Source: Octopus bimaculoides (lineage: Eukaryota). From it: a stretch of 46,199 bases of DNA. The DNA lies in contig NC_069004.1 in assembly GCF_001194135.2 (NCBI RefSeq), positions 32,043,785-32,089,983 of the forward strand, written 5' to 3'. The notes under the pieces were generated by a model that searched no databases, had not been told where the DNA came from, and saw only the letters and a program-made list of their open reading frames with translations. Of this stretch, positions 10,393-23,800 are shown one piece after another (position 1 is the first letter of the stretch; each line of letters begins with the position of its first letter). Position numbers and translations under genes: made by a program.

Positions 10393-13300
10393 GTAAGAGC
10401 AGGAAATGTGGTGAGGGCGGAATGATGGTAGTGGTGTAAACGATGATGGCAGTGGTGGTCCTAGGGACGTGGTTGTAGTACTGGTGGTAGTTACAGTTCA
10501 ACTCTGCCGCAGGATTTGGCACCTTGCCATACCTCCAGATAGAGTCAGCAGAAGTGAGTGTCAGAGAATTTCTACAACTTCACCAGCCCCAACCTCTGGG
10601 CCCCTAATTCTTCTAATTGTAATCCCATGGATTACTCTGTGTGAGGTGCATTTGAGAAACACACACCCGACTGTTCGACCTGCAACACCAAGGCCAATCT
10701 AGTGGCCAAGACCAAAGAGGGGTTTGAAAATCTCCCCAGGCACAACAGTGATGAATGCATGTCCCAGGTTCCAGAACCATCCTGAAGCCACGGTGGAAGC
10801 CGAGGGCAACAACTTTGAGTAAATTGCTAACCCCCAACCATAATCTTCATGTCATTTACTCTTTAACTTGTTTCAGTCATTTGACTGGCCATGCTGGAGC
10901 ACCGCCTTTAGTCGAGAAAATCGCCCCCAGGATTTATTCTTTGTAAGCCTAGTACTTATTCTATCGGTCTCCTTTTGCCGAACTGCTAAGTTACAGGGAC
11001 GTAAACACACCACCATCGGTTGTCAAGCAATGCTGGGGAGGACAAACACATACATATATATATATATACATACGACGGGCTTCTTTCAGTTTCCGTCTAC
11101 CAAATCCACTATAGCCCGAGGCTATAGTAGAAGTCACTTGCCCAAGGTGCCACGCGGTGGGACTGAACCCGGAACCATGTGGTTGGTAAGCAAGCTACTT
11201 ACCACACAGCCTTTTTTATTTTAGGGCAGTGAGCTGGCAGAATTGTTAGCACACTGGTTGAAATGCTTAGCATTATTTCACCTGTCACTACGTTCTGAGT
11301 TCAAATTCCACCGAGGTTGACTTTGCCTTTCATTCTTTTGGGGGTCAATAAATTAAGTACCAGTGAAACACTGGGGTTGATATAATCGACTAGTCCCCTC
11401 CCCTCAAAAATTTCAGGCCTCGTACCCTAGTAGAAAGGGTGTTATTTGATTTCTGGCAGAATCGTTAACACATGGGGCAAAATGCTTAGCAGCATTTCAT
11501 TCAGGTTCTGAGTTCAAATTCTGCCAGGGGTCAACTTTGCCTTTCATCCTTTCGAGGTCATTAAATTAAGTACCAATTGAGTATTGGGGGTCGATGTAAT
11601 CAACTTAACCCCCTCACCCAAAATTTCAGGCCTTGTGCCGAGAGCAGAAAAGTGATGTATTTTGTCAGTCATGACTTGGTCATCTAGGTCAGTATTGCCC
11701 CCTTAGGGGTGGTAGAAAGATGGGGGTGGGGGGCTTGGAGAAAAGCTGAAGAAATCGACCCCAGGACTTATTCTTTGTAAGCCTAGTACTTATTCTATCA
11801 GTTCTTTTGCTAAACCACAAAGTTACAGGGACGTAAACACACTAACATCGGTTGTCAAGTGATGGAGGGGCGACAAACATAGACGCACAAACTTATACAC
11901 GATGGGCTTCTTTCAGTTTCCGTCTTCCAAATCGGCCCGAGGTTATAGAAGACACTTGCCCAAGGTGTCACGCAGTAGGACTGAACCCGGAACCATGTGG
12001 TTGGGAAGCTTCTTACCACACAGCCATGCCTGCGCCTACATACACACACACGTATATATATATATACATATATATATAGTGAAGTAGGGAAGGAAGCATG
12101 GCTTAGTGTTTAAGGTGTCACATTCACGATTGTGAGATTGTGGGTTCGATTCTCACACCTGGTGCTGCATGGTGTTTTTCAACAAAAACACTTCATTTCA
12201 CACTGCTCTGCGATCATTCCATCATCTGCCTTGTGACACGTCGTGCACCTGTACAGGTAAAGTCGATCTGATGGAGGGAGGTAGTGAGCTTATGTGCAAC
12301 ACAAACATTTGATTACTATAAACAAATCATCTGTGTGGTTGTTCGGCAAGAAATTGCCAAACCCTCATACGTCGTCTAACTATGGGCTTCTTTCAGTTTC
12401 CGTCTATCAAATCCACTAATAAGGCTCTAGTGGCCCCGGGACTATAGTAATCCCTTAGCAAAACACTTTCGATATCCCCTCTCTTCCAGCACAAAAGTTT
12501 TAATCATCCCAAAATATTTCAAATTAATATTTGCCTAACAACCCAGGGACACAACTTCCGTTTAAATATGCTGGAGTTAATTCCCCTTACAAAATAAAGC
12601 TCTTCGCAATTAACTGACGTACAAAGTGTTTGTTCTTTTTTGATGTTGTGCCAACTGAAGAATTAACCCAGAAGTTGAATTTAATTCAACAGTCCACTGG
12701 TACCAGCAACATTTTGGAACTTGGAAAAATGGGTTCCCCATAATTTGCCGGAGAAGAACTGAGCAGATTGATTGATCATCTTTTCCTAGACGTTTTATAG
12801 GTACGTTATGAAAGATAAGGATTAGTGAAGGTTAAACTCGTTAAACCACAACCCGAAGATGACCTCCACCAAAGAAAAGTATTAGTGTCTGGTGACGATT
12901 GTGTGGATATGATCGATTTTTCCATTTGATTTACGTCTGTTTTTTTATGCTAGCATGAGTTAGAGGTACACATTTTTGAGGAAGTGTTTTACAGTGATAT
13001 TCCTGGGCTTACCTGCTTTCCAGGAAAGGTTTAGCAACAGGAGTGGTATCCAAGATTCCTTATTTCACATGTTTTTGAAGGAACAAAGAAATTCTGGGAA
13101 AGGGTTACATCTGCTGGAACAGGATTTCACCACCACATCCTCATAACAATAATCAGTGAAATGCTGAAATATTTGATACTCACATGTCTTCATTAACACC
13201 GACTTCAGCCAGGAGGTTCTCGTATTCTTCAGCAGCATATTTCTCCCAGTCTGACATTTCGGGTCCATCTGTCTCTGGGTCCTGCAACAAATGGGGACAG

Positions 13301-13394
13301 AAGACTGCGGTGACTAACATTATTATCATTAAGGTGACAAGCTGGTGGAATTGTTAACCCTCAAAATTGCTGGCCTTGTGCCTAAATCAGAAAC

Positions 13395-13436
<42 letters not shown>

Positions 13437-15548
13437 GGAAGGTGGTGAGCTGACACAATCGTTAGCACGCTTGATGGTAATGCTTAACAGTATTTCGCCT
13501 GTCGCTACATTCTGAGTTCAAATTCCGCCGAGGTCAACTTTGCCTTTCATCCTTTTGTGGGGTCGATAACTTAAGTACCAGTGGAACACTGGGGTCAATG
13601 TAGTCAACTAGTCCCCTCCTGCCAAATTCCAAGCCTCGTGCCTTTAATAGAATGGATTATTATATATATACATACATACATCATATACTCATAGACATAT
13701 ATACTTACACAAAAATGTATGCATAAATGCATTCATACATATATATATATATATATACTTACAAACGTACATAAAATGCATAACACACAAACACACATAC
13801 ATATATACACATGTTTACACAAACATACGTATACACGCAAACATATGTATGCATTTATGTAAGCGTGTGTGTATAAATATACATATATATCTATATATAT
13901 ATATTATATATGCGCACGTAATTGTACGCATACGTGAAAATACATAGACAAGGAAACCAAGACGGGCACAAAACGTGAATAAGCTAAACCTACCCGTAAA
14001 TTTGTGAAAGGATCTCGTTGCTCGTGATCAAGGAATTTGTCCAAATTGAAGAACGTATCAAAGAAAACATCGCTCATCTTGCAGGCTTTGAGATCGTGGA
14101 GGGTTATTTTCTCTGGCACTTCTGGACAGACAAGATCTAGCATCTAAAAGTTACAAAAAGACACGCAAATAAACAAGGCTGTTAAGTGGGGAAACTTTAT
14201 CAAAGTAATTCGTTTTTGGATTTGGTTTGCAAGATTTTCTATGTGATTTCGTGTGTTGAAGCATATTCTGTTGTGTCTGGGGAGAGTCATTTTTCTTTTC
14301 GTGCCTTAAAATTTAACACAGTCACCGTTAAGATTTCCACTTATTATTTTTATTTTCCTAAAATTTTCGTTGCGCATGCAGAATACATACAAACACACAC
14401 ATACATGCATATATACATATGCACACACACAGACATACATACACACACATGCACACATACACGCATACATACATACACACACACACTGAGATACACGCAT
14501 GCGCAAAAAAAAAAAGAAAAGCAAAAACAGAACACAACGTGAATAACGGACAGATTCAAGACTATTGAAAAGGTTGCAAGACGCAACGAAAATTTTAGGA
14601 AAATAATAAGTGGAAATTTTAACGGCGGGTGTGTTAAATTTTAAGGCACGAAAAGAAAATTATTGGGAAAATAAATTCAATGTTTTTTTTTTGTTTGTAG
14701 TGAGAGAGAGAGGGGGGGGATATTAGAGTTGGTTGAATTCACTTGATTTCCAGTATATTACTGGTATCTATAATAACAATACCTGGTGTGTAAAAATGGC
14801 GAATGGCTGCCGGGCTGCCAGACAAGCGAGTTTGTACGTCTGGAGCTGACCATGTTCAAAAGTTCAGTTCGTTGCGAAACAACTGGGTAAAGGGAGATTA
14901 CTCTCGCTCAAACTGTAAACAACAGTTATCCCTCGCCATTTTGCGGTTTATTATTTAAGTTTACGTCGATTCCCCCGTTTTGTTGTTTTGCGTTTATAAT
15001 AAAATAAATATAAGCAAATTATAAAAATAGCAAAAAATTAAAAATACAGTACAGTACTGTTTCTATTTTGTGGATTTTTCACCTATCGCGGGGTATTTTG
15101 AAACGTAACACCCGCGATAGTCGAGGGATTGAGTGTGTGTGTGTATGAGAGCGAGTGTGTGTGAGAGAGATAGAGTGTGTGTATGAGAGTGAGTGTGTGT
15201 GTGTGTGAGTGAGAGAGAGAGAGAGAGCGTATATATGAGAATGAGTATGTGCATGTGTGGGAGTTGTGTGTGTGTGTGTGAGAGAGAGTTGTGTGTGTGT
15301 GCGCGTGCATAACATGGTGACAAGAGAGAGTTAATATACTTGGCAAAGGCAGTCTTCAAATTGTAATTTCTCAATGCCGAGAGCCTCCATTTTGTGCATC
15401 TGTTCTTCGTAGAAATACTCCATCTCGTAGATCGATAGGACGCCATCGCCATCAATATCCATACAACGGAACCAATACTCTATACTGAAAACAGAAACAA
15501 GGGTTACAAACAGGAAATGTTCAAGTTGGTCATCAGCTGCTATCTATG

Positions 15549-15598
<50 letters not shown>

Positions 15599-16987
15599 GA
15601 TAACCTGCCGCTTACCAAAGAGAGACGTCTAGTGTGTCCAGTGTTCAAAGAAAAAGGTCTTACCTAGTTGGATGTTTCTTGTCTTCTTCAGCAATGAGAA
15701 ACCAGACAAATTCAGGGTAACTCATTTTCCCCTCCTTCTGGGCCTCTCCTCTGCAAAACAGTAAACAAACAAAACATTATCATCATCATCATCATCATCA
15801 TTATTATTATTATTATTATTATTATCAAGGCATAAAGCTGGCAGAATCGTTAGCACACTGGGCAAAATGCTTAGCAGTATTTCGTCTGCCGCTATGTTCT
15901 AAGTTCAAATTCTGCCTAGGTTGACTTTGCCTTTCATCCTTTCAGGATCAATTAAATAAGTACCAGTTACACACTGAACAGGATCATGGGAGCAGCCCTC
16001 TCACTCACTCCTGACTGAACCATTAAAAGAAAATTAGGATGATGATGATGATGATGATGATGATTCTGGTACTTACCTCGTTACAGCACCCGAGAATATT
16101 CGATCCACTATTCTAGAAGACATGGCTGGAAAAGCAAGAGAAACAGGTGTAATTAACCATTTCTTGAGAAGGCTACCTATATACCTGTCTATCAATAGAG
16201 AGATAAAAGGATACAGAGAGATGGGGAGACAGATGGATGGATGGGGAGATGGATGGATGGATGGACAGCCAGACAGATGAATAGAAAAATAGACAGAAAA
16301 ATAAAGATAAAAAAACAGACAGACAGATGGATGGATGGATGGTTAGATGGACAGATAGATAGATGGCTGGGTGGAAGATATAAGGGCAGATGTAGAGGTA
16401 TAGTTGAGAAGTTTGCTTGCAATCACAGCTTTAGGTTCAGTCCCACTACACGGCATATGGGGCAAGTATCTCCCACTAAGACTGAAAGATCCCTGTCACA
16501 GTATGTGGGGGGGGAGTGCAGGAGGGGGTGGCATATAGCTAAATGCTTGTACATATCCGTTTATCTTCAGAATACATTTAGTTTTTGTATCCATATATAT
16601 ATATATCCTTATATATATATANNNNNNNNNNNNNNNNNNNNNNNNNNNNNNNNNNNNNNNNNNNNNNNNNNNNNNNNNNNNNNNNNNNNNNNNNNNNNNN
16701 NNNNNNNNNNNNNNNNNNNNNNNNNNNNNNNNNNNNNNNNNNNNNNNNNNNNNNNNNNNNNNNNNNNNNNNNNNNNNNNNNNNNNNNNNNNNNNNNNNNN
16801 NNNNNNNNNNNNNNNNNNNNNNNNNNNNNNNCCACTGATACAACAACACCTACTACCACTACCACCACCACCACCATGCCACATACTATCACAATCACAT
16901 CTCTTACTACAACTACTACCTACACACACACACACACACAAGCACCACCTTTTTACAAACTGCTAACACCACCACCACCACCACCAG

Positions 16988-17024
<37 letters not shown>

Positions 17025-18485
17025 GTGACACATACAAGGCTGAAAAGGTGAGAGACAATGTGAGAAGAGAGACAAGGTGGACTGTGACGTACCGTGGTCG
17101 TTGTGGCGCGCCAGGTCCGATCTGTCAATGTAGAGGTCGTGGTCTTGATCCAGTTCCCAGAATTTACAATATATCACATAGAAATGTTCGTAGGAAAAAT
17201 AGTCTGTTATTTGATTGATGTCGTCTTCTTCTTCCAGCAATAAGAGAGTCTGGTGGGGGGAGGACAACATCATCATCATTATTATCATCATCATCAGGAG
17301 AAGGAATAACAGAAACAACAACAACACTAACACCAAGAACAACAGTGACTCCAACAACAGCCGCAACAACAACAGCAGCAGCAACAACAACAACAACAAC
17401 AATTTGTCTGACTAAAATCCTTCAGGGCACTGCTCCAGTATGGCCACAGTCCAATGACTGCAACAAGTAAACGAATAAGAAAGTCACTACTTTGGCAAGA
17501 CTTACCTGTAAAAAATGGCTTCGCCTCAGTTCATTTGGTGTGATTTTCCCTGACCAAGATCTGTTTACACAGAAGAATATTCTGGAGATGACCTGAATGG
17601 GCAAGAAGAAGAAATAATAATAATAATGATAATAATAATAGTAATAATGATAATAAAAATAGTAATAATGATAATAAAAATAATAAGTGTTCCTGTTATT
17701 GTAGGTGCTCTAGGTATGATAAAAAAGGGGATTTCAGAAACATCGAGAAAAGATCCCAGGAGAACCATGTCTCACAGAAATCTAAAAGATTGTGCTGAGT
17801 AATGCCCACATCCTTAGAAAAAGCCTAACCATTTAGATGCCTGTGTTGTATTGCATGAAGGCATTTCACTACTGCCCCTGCCATTTCCCCAGCTTTCAGT
17901 CATACTGTAACATCTCTTATCCTTCACTTGCCCCAAGATGCTGGTTGTGTCTCAGCAGGTAGTATTATTCATTCTTTCAATCACTGGATATAAAATGTGG
18001 CCCACGAAACCAAGACCCCCCCCACACACATTCAGGTGATTTTCCTGCATCACCATCTTACCCTTATACACCAGTCTGTTACAAGGTTACCTGCTTACAG
18101 CTAAGTAGACTGGAACAACGTGAAATGAAGTATTTTGCTCAAGAACACAATATGCCACTTGTGCTGGGAATTGAAACCATGGTCCTGCAATCATGAATGC
18201 AACACCCTGACCACTAGGCCACCTGAACTCATGATCAAGAGATTATGGTTAAAATTGTAGCATGTGTATATCTTGTCATATCTTTTACTTGCTTCAGTCA
18301 TTAGACTGTGGCCATGCTGGAGCACCACCTCCAAGAACTTTTAGCTGAATGAATTGACCCCAATACTTTATATCTTTAAGCCTAATTCTTATTCGAGCTC
18401 TGTTGCCAAACTGCTAATTTGTGGGGATGTAAACACACCAACACTGGTTGTCAGGTGGTGACAGGGGACAAGCACAGACACAAAG

Positions 18486-18518
<33 letters not shown>

Positions 18519-18855
18519 CACAAAAGGCTTCTTTCAGGTTCCGTCTACCAAATCCACTCACGAGTCCTTGGTCAGCCCTCCCAAGGATATAGTAGAAGAC
18601 ATTTGCCCAAGGTGCCATGCAGTGGAACTGAACCTGGAACCATGTGGTTGGAAAGCAAGCTACTTACTACCCAGCCAAAAATTATTTATTAGAAGGTGTC
18701 AACTGATGTTTATAAGAGAGATGACTGATGATAAGGGAAAATAAATGATGAGTATTAACCCTTTCCATATCAACCCACCCAAGGCCACCACCACTGATTC
18801 TACAATACAAACATTGTTTTAATGTTATCTAAAAAGTTCTCATGTTTTTGGGTAG

Positions 18856-18894
<39 letters not shown>

Positions 18895-19498
18895 GATAGA
18901 TAGATATACACACACGTACATATATTTTATAAATATTTATATAAAGTCTATATTACAAATATGATATATATTCTGTATAATAGTAAATATAAAATGTGTG
19001 TATATATATATATATATATGTATAATACATATATGATATGAGATATGTATGTGAGAGAGAATATAAAACACTTCAAATAGTGATTTGCATGGGCAAAAAG
19101 GAAAAAAAAACAAACACAAAGAAGTACACAAAACACACATATATATATATATAGGCAGTGGTAATGTTCAGTATGTGTGTGTGTATGTAGTGTGATTGAG
19201 GAATAGGACTGTCTTTGTGTAAAGAATCTGATAACACAAACCACACATATGTGTGTGCACACACACACATGTGCACACACACACATGTGCACACACACAC
19301 ACACACACAGAGTGTTTTATGTAAAACCATTGATAAGAATGACATTCAACAACACTAAATGAAGAATATGAAAAACATCATGACTGCAAGAGAAAAAAAA
19401 CTTTTGTTTATATATATGTGTGTGTGTGTGTGTGTGTATTGTATATCTGAGTATAAATTGTTTGTATATTGTATGCTTGTATATATATGAGTGTGTAC

Positions 19499-19536
<38 letters not shown>

Positions 19537-20797
19537 GAGCGTTCAGCTCTTTTGCTGAAGGACCTGCACACATGATTTGTTCATAATGATCAAATCTTCA
19601 TGTTGTGCATCAGCTCACTCACTCCATCAAATCAACATTGTCTGAACAGGGGCACAGTGTGCCACGCATCAGGTGTCCAAAGTGATTGCAGAGCAATGTG
19701 AGATCAAGTGTTTTACTCAAGAATGCAATGCACCACCTGGTCCAGGAATTGAAACCGCACTAAAAACTGCACAAAACAGGCTGACCAAATACAAGTTTAA
19801 CCCTTTTGACACCAACCTGGCTGCAACCGCCTCTGGCTCTACTACAAAAATGGTTTTCATAACACTTGTTTAATGATAACTAAGTTATTTTACTAAACTC
19901 TTTACTATACTTAAAATTAATTGAAAGAAACACAGAGCATCTCAAAAGAAATACGGTAACGAAAGGGTTAAGTATTTCAATGACTTTATTTGATTTCCAG
20001 AAATAAAGCTTTCAAAAAAAAAGGGAAAAATGGTGTCTATTTATTTTTGGGACATCTCTGCACATCCAAGGCAACCAACTGTTGTCATTGCCTGGAAAAA
20101 TATTGGTTTCCTTTGTGTGAGTGTGTGTGTGTATGTGTGTAATAATTTGAAGCTTGTGCAGATGGGAATTTGCGATGTTCATGCTGAAGACAGTAAATAA
20201 CATAAGGGAGCCTGAAATAGTTTGATTAAGGAATCAAGATTGAGTTGGGGGTCTCACTGAATGAGTTTAGCTCAATTCAATCGCTGCCGTTTTCAGTGCT
20301 GTTGTTATGGTTATGATGATGGTGGTGGGTGGTGATGGTGGTGTGGGGGTTTTGTCGTGGGGATAGGAACACTAAAGAAAGAGAAAAAAAATTAAAGAAA
20401 AAAAATGGGTCCCATTTTGAAATTCTCTTTTTCAATGTTTTGTCTAGAAAACAGGGGGGAAGAAGAATGATTGTTATGAAAAAGGGGGAAGGAGAGAAGA
20501 TGAAGAAAAAGAAAAGGAAAGAAAATAAGGATGACGAGAAGATGAAGAGGATGAAGAGAAAGAAGTTTGAACAGAAAGAAGAACAGAAAGAGTAAGAAAC
20601 CAGAAGTAAAAAAGAGAAAGAAAGAAAGAAAGAAAAGCCATAAAAAAGAAAGAAATAAAAGAAAAAGACAAAAAGAAAGAAATAAAGAAAGAAAAGACAA
20701 AAACGAAAAAAGATAGGAAGGAAGAAGGAAGGGAGGGAGAAAGGAAGGAAGGAAAAGAGAGAAAGAAAGGAAGGAAAAGAGAAAGAAAGAAACGAAG

Positions 20798-20835
<38 letters not shown>

Positions 20836-23800
20836 AAGAAAGAAACGAAAATGTGTGTCTAATGTTTTCTGCAAACAATGTTTTTTTTTTTTCATCTGAC
20901 AAGTTGAACATTTGAAAAGACAAAACATTGAAAAAGAACCCCAAAAAAACCAAAGGTTTGTCAATTGACAAAACTCTGCCAGCTGCCATTCCTTCTTACC
21001 AAAAACTAATGGAATTTCACAGATGAGGAAGCTGCCAGATAAACATGAAATGGGAACATGGAGGGGGGGGGCATGACCAGGGGAGGATTTGCGGGGAGTT
21101 TGAGATTTTTTGCTGTTCTTTTCTTTTTGACATCAAATTTAATTTTTTCTCTTTTTATTGTAATTTTGTAAATTTTAATTTTCCTGGTTTCTTTCTGTTT
21201 CAAAAAACTCGGACAGGGCAGTAAATTCTGACAAACTCAAAAAGCTCCTGGTTTTTATTTATTATTTTTTTTTTGCTGTTTGGTCATGTAAGGAAAGGCA
21301 GTGACTGATCATTATTATTTAACCCTTTAGTTTTTTAAACCAGCCATATCCAGCACAAAATATTCTGTTTTATGTTCAAACTGGCCAGATCCAGCCTCTC
21401 ACACCAACCCTACAATGTCATTCTAAAAATAACCACATCATTGAAATCTCAAAGCTAACGAGATAATACATTGTTAACTCAAAGAAATGGGAATAAACAA
21501 ACAATACATTTGACAGAGTAATCCGATTGCTAAAGAATTAATTTCTGCTTTTCCATGCTGGTATGGGTGGGACAGTTTGACCAGCCAGATCTGGCTGTGC
21601 CAAATGCCAGTGTCTGTTTTGGTACGATTTCTTCAGTTGAATGTCCTTCCTAATGCCAACCACTTCACAGAATGTTAGACAAAATACCTTGTGGTATTTA
21701 TCCCAAATCACTGCATTTCAAGTCCCACCAAAGTGGACTTATGTTTTTCCTCTTTGCAAGAGTTGATTAACATCATCTTTGTTGGATTCTTGACAAAATA
21801 ATAATGAACAACACACACCGAAAAATAAGATGCAGCCGATTCTGTCCATTAGCTTGCTTGCAATCATTATTCTTGAGCTGTAGCTGTAACTACATATTTT
21901 GTCCTCTTGTTCGATGAAGAGCAGAAACGCTGGAGAGAAACAGGAGTCCAGTAAAGGGAGGTAATAATCGTTTCCAACCAGACAATTGGTCGAGTCATTT
22001 GAACATTAGCTGCAATGCTTCATGCTATTTGTAGCAGCTCACTGCATTCCGAGTTCAAACCCTACTGAAGTCAGCTTTACTTTTCATCCTTTTAGGGGCA
22101 AGAAGAAAATGATCCAGAGCTGTGGATTCTTGGAACTTGATGCCTTGTGGTATTTCTTTGCACTCTTTCTCTTCTAAGCTCAAACCCTATCATTATCTAC
22201 TTGGATGGCAGAGTTGTGTCAGATGTTGAGGTCCTTTAAAAAAGAAACTGTCAAACTATTGAGTCAATCAGCACCGACTCCGATAGGTGGGTTACTTAGT
22301 GAGGTTGGAGAACTACAGGATTCTGAAGACAGTTGCCCAAGGTGCCACATTGTGAGACTGAACCCAGAACCATGTGGCTGAGAAGCGAGCTTCTTACCGC
22401 ACAGCCATGTCAGCTCCTATTACAGTATATTACACAATATACACATACATTATATCATGCACTCTATATTATACACACATACTCAAAAAATTGTCAGTGA
22501 ATGAGGAAAAGAACTCAATACATGGCATGAAATATATCATTCTAAATTTAATTCCTGAGTTTCATGTCAAAGAAAGAGAGAAAGAGAAGAAAAGGGAGGG
22601 AGAGAAACTACAAGAGATAAGTGAGGACAAACAGACACAAAGTTACACCCTCACCACCACTCCTACACACACACACACACACACACACACTAACACACAG
22701 ACAGGCATCCTGACACAGTTACTAACAAAGTGCCAGACAGACAGACAAACACAAGTGATAAGATGATTAAAACAAAAAAATTAAATAAAACTATCTTAAC
22801 ACGGTGTAAGAACAGCGAAGTTATATGTAAAGTGAAGTCTCAAATTTCAGGAGTTGGCGGGTGGGGTAGGAAGATAGAGGAAGTGGGGAGTGGAAGGGGA
22901 GGAAGAAGCTAGAGGAAGGAGGAGTGGGGGGAGCAAGAGGCAGTTAACAGATGGAGGTGTTAGTAGTTACTGTGCAGGCAGTAGTAGAAGCAGTAGTTGT
23001 GACAACAACAGCAACTACAACAATAACTACAACAGGACAGTATAGCTATTAGTGTACTACTACTACTACCGCTACAGCAGTATCTACAACCACTAATACT
23101 ACCACATTAACGTCTACCACAGTAATACTGTAACAGCAATGAGCACTGCAACTGCAATCACAACAGTAATTATATCACCACTGCAACAACAACCACTACT
23201 ACAACACTAACTACAACGCAACTACATAAACCATAACTACTATTACGCTTTCTGTGACTGTCTGCTATAATACTCTTGTGGTTTTCTCTGTCACAACATA
23301 TGAATGAGAAAGGAAGGGGTGATGGCAAACTGGTAGTGGGAGCATTTCAATTCTGTGTGAGTGTGTGTGTATGTAAAAGGGAGGTCTGTGAATGTGTGTG
23401 TGTGTGTGTGCACAATGGAAGTGAGATGGTGAAGATTCAACGCTGAAAAGAAAAAGCAAACAGCGTTTCAACTAAAATACAACAAATTAGCCATCAGTTT
23501 TGACAGCATGGGGCCAGCTAATAAATATAATAGTAACTAAAACTACTACCACTACTACTGTAACCAGAACAGTGACCAATACTACTACTACTACTACTAC
23601 ACTACACATAAATACTACTACAGTGGCTATTAAATGAATTACAACAATTACTACTACTACTACACCACTGTAACTACAACAGTGGTCACAACTACCACCA
23701 CTACTGCAATTTCAAAAGTAACCACAATATCCACAACAGTAACCACTCCTATGATACTACTGCAGCAACAGTTGTAAGTACAACTACTACAGTAGCTATA

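Noticed and set aside
12092-12165. tRNA gene
   Set aside because: Has A- and B-box-like motifs but no complete cloverleaf or acceptor stem, and continues into a SINE body
15339-15339. U12-type intron at donor GTATAT
   Set aside because: Does not match the RTATCCTT consensus; treated as a weak U2 donor
12674-20417. Short perfect 8-bp palindromes (GTTGAATTTAATTCAAC near 12674; AAAATGGGTCCCATTTT near 20402)
   Set aside because: One-nucleotide loops and AT-rich; a few are expected by chance in 46 kb
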